Assembly: GCA_965285935.1 (NCBI GenBank)
Contig: OZ260663.1
Coordinates: 26,102,001 to 26,166,000 of the forward strand
Source: Ophelia neglecta
Taxonomy: Eukaryota
Direction of reading: 5' to 3'
DNA: 64,000 nt
This document shows, in pieces, positions 37,201 through 51,000 of this stretch. A program made the position numbers and the translations under genes. Under the pieces are notes generated by a model, which saw nothing but the letters and a program-made list of their open reading frames with translations, searched no databases and had not been told where the DNA came from. Each line of letters begins with the position of its first letter. Positions within the stretch are counted from its first letter, which is position 1.

Positions 37201-38998
37201 CCAAAATAGTTGAAGTCACCAACATGACCAATTGCCGATTATAAGCATGTATGACGGTAGTGTCGAATATGTAGAAATGCCGAAACACTGAATGTGGAGT
37301 AAGACCGAAAGAGGCACCTCTATTGATTATTCTTATTGTTGCCAAAAGATATAATTAATATATACAATCATTAAAATGATTAAATATTTACATTAGATGC
37401 CTTCCTCCTGGTGGTTCACATGCTAGCGTTTAACGTTTGAACTTAATGGAAATCTCCTAGATACATATTGCACTTTGCTCTTAAATGTATAAAATTTTGT
37501 TATGATTATATACTGAATGATCTATTATATTCTGCCAACCAATTCATGTATACCAGTGTGAATAAATAAAATATGTCATTGTCAATATTTCTTGAGGGAC
37601 CAATACCCATGTGGGAATATATCATAGCTAAGTACATGTACTGTGACTAGAATGACATTAGCTCTCATATTCGTACACTGACGTACTTTGAGACTTTGAT
37701 CACTGTTAATAGATTAAATAAGTGTACGGTCATCCCTTGGCGCATTTCAAATATTTAGCTTGGAAGTTTTCTCTTTACAATTGGGTTCTGAGGTAAAACA
37801 GTATAGACAAAAAGTACGACTTGGGTATAATGTAAGTTTTTTGATTTGTGATAAGGATCTGCTTCAAGTTTACATGTCGCATGATGATTATCGTCCCCAC
37901 TTATTTTGGTTCCGATTTTTCCCAAAACCGAAACTAAACTGGTACTAAGTCGAGACTCTTCATTAAAAATAGGAAATGACTCAGCACGCACTTGAACGCG
38001 TAAACAGTATTGATCCACCGTCAGACATAATTAAACCTCCAATCAGAAATGTTGATCAAATGTCGAGTGGTTGAAGCAGCTAATATGCTGACGAGTGTTT
38101 TCGTGTTAGTGATGCAATATTGAGAGTCATTCAGCCCTCTGGTCACATCGGTTTGTAGTAAAAGCTTCGTCAACCGTTCAGAAAGAAAGGTAGGTATAAA
38201 TCTTCTTGAAAATGATTAGTGTGTTGGACAAACATTGAAAAGCAGTGAAGGTAGTTTGGCCTATTTTGGGTCTTAGTAGGCTATAACTCTCTTTACCATT
38301 GGCTCATACGTGCTTGTTCATGGCCTCCCAGGGAATCCCTCATTCCGGTTTTAGTTCAAACGTCATGTATGGTACACGACATCCTAAATTCAGTATCTCG
38401 AGGATCATTCATTCTAAATTTGGCATATTCAATGTATGACCGGTGTTATCAGCGGGCCTCTTTTCGGCGTATAACCCCCAATAGTCCTCCCGCTCGGATG
38501 GTCAAGTGGTTATACGCTCTTCAAGCCTAGAGCAATGCTATTCTAGCAATCACACCAGTCTCAACGAGTTGAACTTTATCATAAACCTAGGTTGATTAAT
38601 ATTGATACGCAAAAATTGGTTGGCGGGCAAACAGGTTTTGGTAGACTGTGTGCAGTGTTCGCAACATTTAGGGCAGTCCTTCAGAGATTCAGAGTTGCAG
38701 GTCAATTCAGTTTGCGCTTAATACAACGGTAGTAGTATAGGTGTTGTCTGAAAGTAGTACTTGATCCCTTTTCGATACACCGATACAAAACACGCATTAT
38801 GTAGCGGTTCTGTCTGTGAACGCAACTCACAATGGCCTCCATATTAACCTGATACCTAATACCTCTAGCTAAGATCGAGACAGCTGGCAATGTTAACGAG
38901 ACTTCATATGTCTTTTCCTTTTAATTCTACTAATTACGAAAGAACGTACAGCCAATAAATATATTCCTACTTAATTGTCTTTGATGCTGCTTTTAGTC

Positions 38999-39033
<35 letters not shown>

Positions 39034-41790
39034 GAGGGGGGGGGGCTCTTTCAGTTGCTATGGATACCCTTTTTAATTAATTAACGCTTTTATCAGCCGG
39101 GATTAAATCCGTGGCTCAGTTAATAACATTATTCGATTGGACGGTTCAAGATTTATTAAATCAATAATATTTGGAAATATCATCTTTAAAACAGTCACAC
39201 TGATCTCTGTCAGTTATCGCAATGTTCTCTGCAAGCTAATGATAACCATTTATTTTTAAAATTGTTTCAACGAAGATTGAGTCAACTGTATTCTTCCGTC
39301 TCGCTGCAGAGTATGGCAAAAATAAAATGGGTAATATTGCTAGCCCTTGTTTGATGTCATAAGTACACTACAACACGTATCAGCTACTTAGTCCAAATGT
39401 AGTTTTGTCTTATTTGCCTGCTATGTAACTGAAACCTGCCTGAGTCGCCTATTTAGTTTGCTTGAGCCACAGCAGAAACATGGCAGTGCATCCATGTGCA
39501 GTCGTTTTCCCAAGTCTGAGAATGTCTCCGAAATTCGCATTGTAAATAAACTATTAGACACTGTGTTTATCTGCTAGTCTGTGATAATCTACTAGACACT
39601 GCGATCAGACAGCCTGTCTGATATATTACCCGAATTAATCTATTGTGGCAAACATTACAAACGTATGCTCACACATGTTATTCGTTATATCTGGGGATCA
39701 GCTGATTGATAGTGCCAGTAGTGTGCCAGGGCAGAAGTAACGTTAGCAGATGTGATTCTTGCTTGTCGCTCAAAAATATTTCTAAACTATTTTTCAAGGA
39801 AAAGTGTTATCACCAAATGTCAGATCTATTTAATGTGTATTTTGACGGAATACACTTTTTCACTAAGCCTTTAACAAACCTGTAGTTTAGAATACACATG
39901 TGAGTGTAATGGATTGTAAGTTTTTTTTTATTATCATTTATTGTATTATGTATTAGGACCAATTTAAAGGCACTTCTTGATTAACGATTTAGTTTTCTCT
40001 GTGAGATATCCACTACAGTGTTTCTCACATCACTGCTAGGCTGTTGTGCCCAATATTTGAGGAGGACATTGGTCAGTGAATTCTTATTTATCATTATGCC
40101 AGGTGACATTCGAGGAGCGCCAGAAGACACAATGGCATCACATTGTTTATTTTGTGACAAAAGTTTCATCGACCGACAAAAACGCAGGAGCCACGCAAAG
40201 AAGGAACATGGCTTACCCTGTTCATTATGCAAGAAAAGAAATTGCATTGGGGACCAAGGATTGGCTGATCATACGAGAGTCAAACATGCGGGACAACCTT
40301 TTGTCGCTCAACAAAAGGAGACTAAGTCAAAAACTAGTAACGGGTAAGGGTATCATAAATCGGTTTATCGCATTGGATGGAACTATATCTTAAATGCTGT
40401 ATTAACCAGAAGAATGAAAATGTTTAATTCCGATTCGCTTTATAATGGTTTATAATTGTTGCAGCTCGAGGGAAGATTATGTCAATTTGAAATCGGGGAG
40501 GCTCGATAGTAAATTCTCAATTGGGTAATGCCCATATCAATATTGACAAGGTCAACTCAAATTTCAATCATTCTGTATCCCCGAACTTTTGTAATTAGAC
40601 GGCAATTTTTTTCTAGAAACCACTTTTCATAAAATAACGTTTAAAGTGTCATTAAATTGTAAATAGTCAAACTATAAATCATCAATGTCCAGCACACGGA
40701 TTCATTCTAGTAGCATTTATAAGGTCAGTGCCGAATGAATTTATTGCAGACTTAATAGAAAATATCTTCTTGTAAACATTCAATAAGTCCTTTATGGTAC
40801 AATCATAAAACTAATTAACAAATATGTTATCAATATTTTAGTATTCAAATATTCCCTTTCACGACTTTTCCTCATTCACGGCTATGTTTCTAAGTGGTGT
40901 TTTAATCATTGATTAGCAAAAAGAAGAAAGTAAGACTGCATCCTATATTTACATCCAATTATTTTAGTATACCGTGTGACCAATGTGGTCGAATACTTAA
41001 AGGAAAACATGGACTAAAGCAGCATAAAGAGATGAAGCACGGCGATTCACATTCAGGTAATAATTGTTTCATTTTTTGCGAAAAGAAGATGATATGTAAG
41101 GCGGTAGTTTCATATTGTTAGTTTGTTCTATATGTTATATATAAGGATTATGCCTGCCGTCACTTATATATTATAATCTTATTATGAGTCATTTCTGAGC
41201 CTACAGCACATTTCCCCATAACATATATTATCATTCAAATTCAATTGTACTTTTGGATGTACGTGTTCAACAGGGCAACATAGAAAGGTAGCATGCCTAA
41301 GAATATAATAGCTGAAGATATGTACGCAAATTACGTGTAAATAATAATCAAATACAAACTGGGAGTCAGTTAACACATAAACAGGTAAAAGTCATAACGT
41401 ATGATGTCTTCGACACATAATGGACATGTATACATAGCCTACAGGAGTTGTTATTTTGGTTATGCATTGTTTCAATTCATGTCTTAACGGAAGCCTTGGT
41501 AAACTGAAATATGTTTGACTATCATAACAATTTCCAATTTTCGAATTCACCGTAGCCAATTCAATCTCACCGTTATATACGTTCCGCTTATTGGGTTCAG
41601 AGATGCATTTTCATATTCTGGGCAAAAGGGCGAATTTCAAGATTTCACCTTTCATTCCTTGTATTTACGCCTTTATGTTTGGTACCCCCACTCCCACCCA
41701 CTGGCTAATTTACCCCGACCATATTGGTGTTTGTTGCTTAAAGTAGAAAATATGTATAGCCCTAAATGCATACTTACAAATAACTTCAGG
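32020..41790 (+). repeat. Segmental duplication unit B, paralogous to about 14450-31100
   Basis: Same order as unit A: OAS core, block X, block Y, zinc-finger exons. Roughly 90-96% identity by eye. Confidence 0.9.
37906..37983 (+). promoter_or_regulatory. kB-like/ISRE-like motif plus AP-1 consensus upstream of OAS copy 4
   Basis: TTGGTTCCGATTTTTCCCAAAACCGAAACTA at 37906-37936, TGACTCA at 37977-37983, candidate donor aag|gtaggt near 38190. Confidence 0.5.
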
Positions 41791-44700
41791 AAGTCAGGAA
41801 GTCAGGAATAATGAACTGTTGAAGAATACGCACATGTTAATTTAATATTCCCCTTAGAAATCGGTCCCGCACTTCGGTGTATCTATCTGCTTGACAATTG
41901 ACTGCTTTAACAATCTATACCAGCTTGCCTCCATGGGTAAACTATGTTCAATATAATAAACATACTCTAAAATTAATAATGCCTTGCAGGCAGCCTGGGT
42001 GGTGCGGCATGGATGGGTGTTCTAGGTCTACAGAACAATATCCGCCAAAGCCTGAAGGCGGCTGCTGCTCCGCAAGTGTACAATAGCATGAATGTTATTG
42101 GTAACAGCGGTAGTGGCGTGCGACAATATGCGACTCTACCTGGTTTTCACGGTCAAAGTAAGCACAACTTTAACTTTTCAAACTTGACAAAATCTCTCAA
42201 GCGTGATCTGACCTTGACCTTTAAGGGTGAGAGCTGATTCGCTCAGTGTAAAGCCATAGAGATTAATATTCAAATTATTGTATAACCTGATGGAAGCAAC
42301 AGGACGTTAGTTGAGCACGGTGACGACAGTGTATATATAGCTAGCGGCTATGAGTTTCCTTCTCCTTCTCTGCCCAAAGGGACTCTATGCCGCCACTTGT
42401 ATGCAAAATTTAAATTCCATTAGTTGCATGATAATCTGATAATTCGCTACATGTATGCATTAAAAAATGCCTTGTTAACATGTCTTAAGGACACAATGCT
42501 TTCAAATATTGTATTTAGTATTCTGTCGCTGTATGGTTGAAAACTAAAGATGAACCTACACGCTATCCGTACGCATCTCTTCAGAAATTTGATTGAACAG
42601 GATTTACATGTTTTTTTACACAATTTCTGATAGTTGTTTTGTGTGAGTACATTATTAAGCAAATTTCTAATCCCAGTTTGTTCCTTTTAATATTATAGCC
42701 TATTACTTGATGCCCGCCGCTATTTCTTAAGGCTTATAACAAGCCTGACAGTTACATAAATTAATTAATGAATTAAAAATGGTTAAGCTACTCCAATGCA
42801 GCTATGCATGGTTTGTCTCATGCACAGATTTGAATAAGTTGGAAAACATGACTTGCTTTCATATGCCCTGCTTGGTCAGTATGTCAAATATAATAGATGT
42901 ATGATATATATCCAATATTGGGTAGCGCATGTATAGACTATTTTCTTGGCTGTTTTTGCATATAAGTGGGCAAAATCATTCTGTTTTTGCCCCATTTGCT
43001 CCGCGCTTAATATACAGTAAATATACTTTTTCATGGTGAGCGCCGATAATAAGTTTATATGTTCCACAGATGTATAATGTAAAGCTTAAAATATATCATA
43101 ACAATAATACTTAGGTACACATTAATCAAAGTATTTTATGTTATAGTAATTGCTCAGCGGACGAAAATGCACTAATAATATCGAACAATATACTAATTCT
43201 TAAAAACTGTCTATTATTCAAGTAGTTTGTAACTGTCAAAGCCAAGAGCAAAATATATACAACTGTAATGACACAGAGAGAAAGTATTAGTGATTCCTCT
43301 AGTGATTTGGTGATGAAAAGGGAGCATTATTGATGACTATGCGTTTTACAGGCACACATCCTTATAAGTTCCCCGGACAATCATCGGTCAAGCTTCCCCC
43401 AGCTACTCCTGTCTCCCCAACCGGAAAGCAGTCAAAGGGTAAACACACTTAATATGTTTTGGCGAGGCGGTGAAAATATATTGCCCAGACATTATAAAAA
43501 TTATTACATTGTTGTCATCTAGTTATATCCTGTTTCCTTATTCGACATTGCTTATTGATTGAACTAGTCTATGATTCGATACACGACCTTGCTTTCTTCA
43601 AGTTCCGGTGTCCATATTTTTTAAATGTCTTACTTAATTTAAGTAATCGAGTATATTTCTGTTTCTCTATTCGACATTTCTTATTTTTTGTAATGAAGTT
43701 AGTTCCTCTATACCTATTCCAAATTCCTTACCTATTCGAGTCAAGTTGTTGCCTGTTTCCTTTTCTCGACCCTTAATTTTTGAAGCAAGCTAGTTTATTA
43801 TCCAATTGGCTTCAACAATTTACCACCCCAGCTTTATAGTCTTCAAAGAGAGACGAATTAATTATTTGGTCTAAACAAAAGGCAAAGTCATACTTCTTTT
43901 TAATACTCATCGAAAATAATATGGATTCAATGTTACCATTTTAAGTGTCAACTACCGCCAAAACTAACACTAGGCCTCAATTACTTCAGCCACTGAAAAC
44001 GCATTTTATAACGAAATATCTTAATCTTTATAACAGAATCGAATCCTGCAGAATCATTCCTGAAAAAACCTGATATTGATCTGAACACTTTCATAGTCGA
44101 TCACCTTCAGCCAACCGAAACATTCAATACAATAATGAGCGAGGTCATTAATGAACTCGCAACATTCCTCAAAGGTCAACAGGGCTTAAATATCAGTCAG
44201 ATTATTAAGGTAAACTTGTTAATTCCCACTTATATGGAAAAGAAATCAAACTTTGGTTAAACAACAAACTTCTTAATTTCTTGTTGGTCGTAATGAAATA
44301 GATTGTAGATTTTTAATGTTAATGCCTTGTCTTTATCTTGACATCCTGATTCAATAATAGCTAGATTTTTAAAGCATAGTTATTAGATCCCCTTCTCCCT
44401 AAAGCAGCGTTTTAATGATTTTAGGGTGGATCGATGGGAAAAGGCACAGCAATAAAGGAAAAGGCCGATATAGATATGGTGTTGTTTGTCAATGACTACA
44501 AAACAATGGCTGAGCTAATAAAGGGCCGTGCTGAAATGTTGGAGCGTATAGGGCGTGCTTTGGAAGGGTGGAAGATCAGCAAAGGCGAGGTAGAAATAGA
44601 CAAAGCCACCAGAACCGTTCTCAAAATTTCGGTAACAAAAGATTGTAAGGGTGAAAGAATCGTAGTACCGGTTGATGTGTTGATTGGGATGAATATTCCT

Positions 44701-46262
44701 CGTGATAAACTAAAGGTGAGGCTATTTACTTATTTATTTTGATTATTATTTTGTACATTTATCATTGTAAGCATTACATTGTCAAACGTAAATTACAATT
44801 GTGCCATTTGTGAACATCCAAACAACAAACTTGTCAAATACGTGTAGATAACTGTTTTTGTTTGTACAAAAGCCTAGTTGGATGAGGGGGTAAACTCTTA
44901 AATTTAACGGATATTCGCATATGTAACGTTGTCATTATTGGTCCATTTCCGTAGGCCTCATATGATAAGATGACAAAAAGGGATCACCAGGAATATTCGA
45001 CATCCTTGGCTCCTTTTCAATGTGAATTTGTCAGGGCGCTGCCTGCAAGCGTCAAAAACCTTATACGTTTGGTTAAACACTGGAAATCAACGCACCTGTC
45101 TCCGGTTTGTTCTTAAATATTGATTTAAAAGAAACACGCTGTAGTTTTTTTGCTGAGTTTAACTGGTATTCTAACTAATCCAGACTCGTTTGTAGGCTTT
45201 GAAATGGGCTCCAACATCATATCCGATGGAACTAATAGTAATTGACGAGTGGCAAAAGAATGGTCACAGAATGGAACGATTTGAAATTGCTCCCGCTTTC
45301 AAGCAAATAATGAAAATCCTGCTCGACAGTAAAAGCATAAGGGCAATATGGAATGAAAATTACTCATACAACGACTATTTTGGAAAGGCAAAAACACTCA
45401 GGTGATATACAGGCTTCGGCCGTAATTACATATCATGTTGTTTTGTGCTTTTCACCAGCTAGAAATCTTGCGCTCCTACTAGTTCCTACGTAGCTTTGGA
45501 AATACATTTGTGTAATATAAGGCGTTCGATTATTATTTCATATTGCTACTTCATGTATGTTCATCAGCAAACTGGTGTGGGTTTGTTTCGAATTTTGTAT
45601 TCAACGGAGTAGTTTCAATGAACATTGACATTGTGTGAATGTTCGATTACAGGTTCAATGAGCTCCGTGATAAATCATGTTGGACCACAAATCAGAAATG
45701 ACTATGACTAATGATGATTTTAGACTAAGCTAATATGGTTGAGCTTTTTTATGCATTCCTAAATGTTTAAAGTTGGGAAGAAATAACAACTACTAATTCA
45801 CATTGCAAAATAAATTAGACATTAAAGAATGACTACCTCTCCCGTATGCTAGCTATTTGATTCCAGTGGACCAACAAGATATATAATAGGGACAACGACA
45901 TATAGTTCCTTTCAATTTGTATGTCCTAGTTTATTTTTTACATTTAAACTTTTTTGTCGCCTCAGGGCAACTCTTTTGATGCAACCATAGTCAGTTGTAT
46001 TGCTCGTCTCAACGAGTGAGTTGTTAATAATCGGCCTAGCACCAACGGTAGACAGCTATTGGAAGGAATAATACCAGCTATTTCTATTAACATGTCACTA
46101 TTTCTTTTTGTTTTCAGCGATGGGCCATTCTTATTGGATCCCGCTAATCCTTATAACAACGTTGCTGACCGTTTCGATTGGGGAAATGTTGCTAAAATAG
46201 CACAGGAGTGTCTGTCGACTCCTCTGGTGAGAAATGAACGGGCAGGCTGGTACTCTTCATAG
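40132..46262 (+). CDS. OAS: OAS copy 4: 3x C2H2 zinc finger + linker + OAS, about 506 aa (about 421 aa without two optional linker exons)
   Basis: Exons 40132-40343, 40968-41056, [41990-42157], [43352-43438], 44037-44209, 44425-44715, 44955-45104, 45196-45401, 46118-46262; all phases compatible. Motifs IIK|GGSMGKGT, ADIDMV, PVDVL, FQCEFVR, LIRLVKHW, PTSYPMELIVIDEW, LLDPANP. Confidence 0.9.
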
Positions 46263-48078
46263 ATTTGTTACTGCTGTTTACAAATAAGGGATTCGAGAAA
46301 TAACTACGAAACGCGGGGTGGGGGTGAGGGGTGGAAGCAGCGGTCGTTTACCATTGTTCGAAATTAATAGTAGTCGTACAAAAGACAACAATTTTAGTCT
46401 CAATGAAAGCCCTTCCCCTTAACTATTTCGACATACGTTTTTTCATCCAACAGTGCTTGTTTTTACCCAATGTTAAGTGCTGTTGAAGGTTACCTTCTAT
46501 AATAGAGTATTGAAAATATAGTGGTGATATTACTTCAATTTTAGTATGCTTAACGATATACACCACCTTTGACTGTTTTTACAGGATATATAACGTTACC
46601 TTTATACAAACACATGGTTTGGCACAAAAGTTATTTAAGAGAGGGTGGCTTGTGATTAACCTACACGAAAAACCGCATTTGCAAAGGCGATATGCAAATC
46701 GCATTTGGTATGCATATAAACAACATAACATTAAACGTTCACCGCCTCTCGCTAAGACTAATTCATAGTACGCCCATACATATACCCAAGAACTTATCGA
46801 TATATATTTTTCATTGTCTCATCCCTTTTAATTCTCAAAGGCTTTATGATGCCTATACTAATGCCATTTTTAGCAGTTCATTGTTTTATATAATACTTAT
46901 AATAATGGAACAGTGGTGTAGTCCGTGTTCCAATAACACAACATAATTAAATTGAGCAAACTCTGATACCCATTGATTAGTTTATTGTGTGAAACAGTTT
47001 AATCAAACATGTTTTATAATGAGTCAATTAAAAATATTTTAATTATCATGTATCTTGCTTTTCAGAGTACATTTTCATAATTATTTATTCTGTTCATAGT
47101 TGATTTTGTGTTGCAATTATACTTAAACATTTCGCTTAACACTTCATTCCATGAATTACAATAAACTATACATTTATGAATTACTTGTAATGTCATGTAC
47201 AAGGGATCTATGGCTTAAGTGGTACTGAATAAAGGTTGACAAGAAGTAGATACTTTGTTTTTACCACGGGCTGATTCCGATAATTCATGTTGTCGAGCTG
47301 CCCGTCAAATAATGAAAACAAAAGATCTTCAGTAATGCTGACTGGCTTAATTAATTTATTTATCAAGTTTATTGGGCCTACAAAGATCTTTTAGCATTTG
47401 TAGCCTAATTACAAGTGGAAACTCAGAAATTGAATAAACAGCTTTAAAAGCATCGATTTCAAACAGTTTTTTGGTCAAATGTGTTCGAAAAGCAAACTTG
47501 AAAATTTGGTGTACCAATCGTTATTCCAAATTTATTACTTTCATGCTATTCATGTTCTGAAATAAGGATTATTAATAAACACTGTTAACATAGAAGGTCA
47601 ACTAGTTGATTTCCAAATATGGCCAGCATGTTGAGATAATGGATGCCAATCAGGGGTTCATTGGACATGCTCGCCTGAGACTATATAAAAATCATTCAGA
47701 AGCCTTACGTAAGATAACATTTAAAATTAAAAGCTTGAGTTTTAGAATTGCTTACAAGCACATTGAAACTATAAGCACATATAAAAAAACACGCGTTAGG
47801 GCTAACAATAGACGTATCCAAACAATATAACGTACATTTTCTCGTTATTAAACAATTTGCAACGGACTCGTAAAATGTGCTGTACATTGTTTCTCAATGG
47901 TACAGGACTAGTGATGTGTTTCATGATTATTAGGGACACGTCGTCACTAACGAGGGGACAGGACCGACACTCTTCCGTAGCCGCCCTCACCCTTAGAAAT
48001 CGAGTCCACGTCACATTCCGAGGTAATTTCAGTTTCGAATTGTCGTCACCAAATATCCATGGATGGAAGGTCCTGACC

Positions 48079-51000
48079 TCACAACTCGATGATCGAAGTT
48101 GATCTGATCACTTGAATGAGTGTAACCAGGCTATGACGCAACATCCCGACAACCTTTTAGAAAAATTGTTATCAAGATAGTTGCAAAAGTAAATTATAAA
48201 AGAAATATATCGATTGACTGTAGCACAACAATAAGAATAGGCATACTGGAAAACCTGATACGAAATACGAAGGAAATACGAGATACACAGATACGAAAAA
48301 TTAAGATTGAGTTGGATTATGACAGGGTAAGGGGTAGGGTTAAGCTAGCAACCTAACTAAACCATAACTTACTTTACCCTTCACCCTAACCCTAACCTAG
48401 TCCATATGGCTACGTTTTAAACACCTCGTATCTCGTATCTGCGTCTCGTATCTGGTATTTCGTATCAGCTTTTCCAGTATGCCATAAGAATAGGTATTAA
48501 TTGTAAGGCATTATCAAAGTCAATACAGGGGTTTAACTATTTGACGCAGGCTGTCGTCTTACCTGAAATGCCATTACTACTCCGGCTATGACTGTAAACG
48601 CAAAAGTGATTGGCTGGATAGAATAGTCTATTTTGTCTGAATTACCCAGAGTACAGTTGTATTCCACCGACACATCGGCTACCTGCCATAAATATATGAA
48701 TATGATAATGATTATTAAGTAATAATAGTATGTAGTGTTTATCCAATAGAACATGTTTCCAAAATTTTGTCTGCTAGAGAGCAGCTTCATTTCATGATGG
48801 CAATCACTGTATGAACAACTGCTTGATTGACGAGTAGGTATGGGAGGGTAGCTCGTGTAGTGTGAGGGACGCCTATGGACAGCAGTTAGACGTATAATAC
48901 AAGGTGGGAGGGTAGGTGTCCACGAAGAAGGGTCCAAGTAGAAAACACAATGGGTTGGGTTGGGCCTTTATTTGAGAGAGGGCAATTTGGGGTAGGAGGG
49001 ATGTAGGGCAATGAAGTAACATATGCTGTAGGGCAGTCGTGTCTCATAGGGGTTAATAAGGGGGATAAGTTTAAGAAAGGAAAGAAATTAAAGCTAGGAG
49101 GGCGGCCTATTTACTTCAAAAGCGCATAGCATGGGTATATATCATCGGTATATTTTGGGTATATTCTCCACCTGCCTGTGGCATAGGGAACTTGGCACTT
49201 AGAGCATATACTCTCTTGCCTCCTTATTTCCTATGGTCCCGTAAATATTTGGAAAACAATATAATATGTATATACGTGATAGGACAATATATTGGCAAAT
49301 AAACCATAAGGTGGATATTTATGGGTTATATTCATAAGAATATATATTCATCTTTGCCCCATATTCAACTTATATCACAAAAATTGTATAGATTTTATCA
49401 ACAAGCAATTGATAAAACAAATAAAAAGATATGCATAATGAACAATAACTCAGCCTGCCCTTGGAAGCTCAATCTTCATATATTTGTATATGGTAACATG
49501 GTTTCCACCATTTTTTTGGCTCGTTTTAGCAGCATAAGTAAAACTTTGTTTCGTGAAGTGGAATCCTCGGATTGCACAACTGTAGTTACTTTAAATGGTC
49601 TCCTTCCAAGAATTTAACAGTTCACACAATTTTACATTGTGACCGTATTTGTTTTTATGCTAAGAATAAAAAGAAACTCTAAACATGTTTTGAAATTGCG
49701 ATGAGAATCAAGAATGGTAAATATCAAACTACAATCATAACATACCTGTAATGACCCGACAAGTACAATAAACAAGACGTTTATCATGAAAAATGCCAGT
49801 ACAGATTTATTTCGAAGGTCCTTTAGATTAGCTGACAGCTTGGTTTTATACTCAGGATCAAAGTCTATAGGTTTCAGGTACTCCTTGATTAACTTCTTCC
49901 AGAACTCTATCTGTGAAGGAAAACATTTGATCAATTGTCATGGGAAATAAGTGTTAGCGCATAATATGACTGAATTATTCACTAAGTTACTTTAATGAGA
50001 TCACACTTTGGATGGCCCTCCTAACAACAGTACCACGAGTTTGCTGATTGAATGGACATGTTTTTATGGCTATTGATTAAACGCGGAGGCTATGCGGAGG
50101 CGGAGGTCATGGGTATATCTGCATGGCACGAAGCAACAAAGTGGCAGTAGGCTCGGGCGTTATCTTAAGGTTAGGGAGCGGGGTAGAGACAGGGATATAT
50201 AGGTCAAGTGTTCTCTCATAATCTCAGAATGTACCCCCGTCAGGCTCCGCTTTTAATCAAAAGTCTTTTTATTCAGTATTTTGCTTAATCTAATTGTGAA
50301 AAAGTGTATATAATATCGCGCATCTCCCACATTCATTTGTCATCGACATATTTTTAGTAATATATAATATTTGACACAGTTAATTTGTTTCGGCGTCATC
50401 TTATCTATAAAGAACACGAAACTTTATCTACAACATTATAATTTATATTCGTAAACCGTGCATCATCGTTAAATCACATTAGCGGAATGCAACAAAATGA
50501 ACAGAACGTACATTTAGTACGTCGAGGACGCCAATACCGTCAGGTTTTGAAATACGCAGTGTCTTAAACTTTTGTCTAATGCACTAAATTCACAACGACA
50601 TGCATAAAGTAGTATCTTGACCACGATTTGGCCGTGAAATAGAACAAATGGAATTTTGGTATTATAACCTTTGAACCTAGTGCCAGCATTATGTACCATT
50701 AGGGAAGTAGGGTACATCAAACTGGCTGTGCAATATATTTCCAAAACAGGTCCCTTCCTAATTTTCCACCAATATTACATTATCTTTTTGAAAGCTTTTT
50801 GATTAACTATTTACACACATTCATTTTTGGACAATATGAGGGATGACAAAACGCTATCTACTCCTCAACAATGTGCAATCTACCCAAGTTTGGTCATGCA
50901 TTTCTTAAGATCGGAAAAAAAAATCGAAAATCGTCTGTGGGGAAGAATGCACTAAATCGGTGCGAACTAATCAGGAATCATCGGCAACAGACACTTAAAC

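Noticed and set aside
4090-46262. Bacterial CBASS/CD-NTase operon or cGAS-like receptor reading
   Set aside because: Spliceosomal GT-AG introns and OAS-specific C-terminal motifs (YALEL, LDPANP) indicate animal OAS; no operon structure or Mab21 features.
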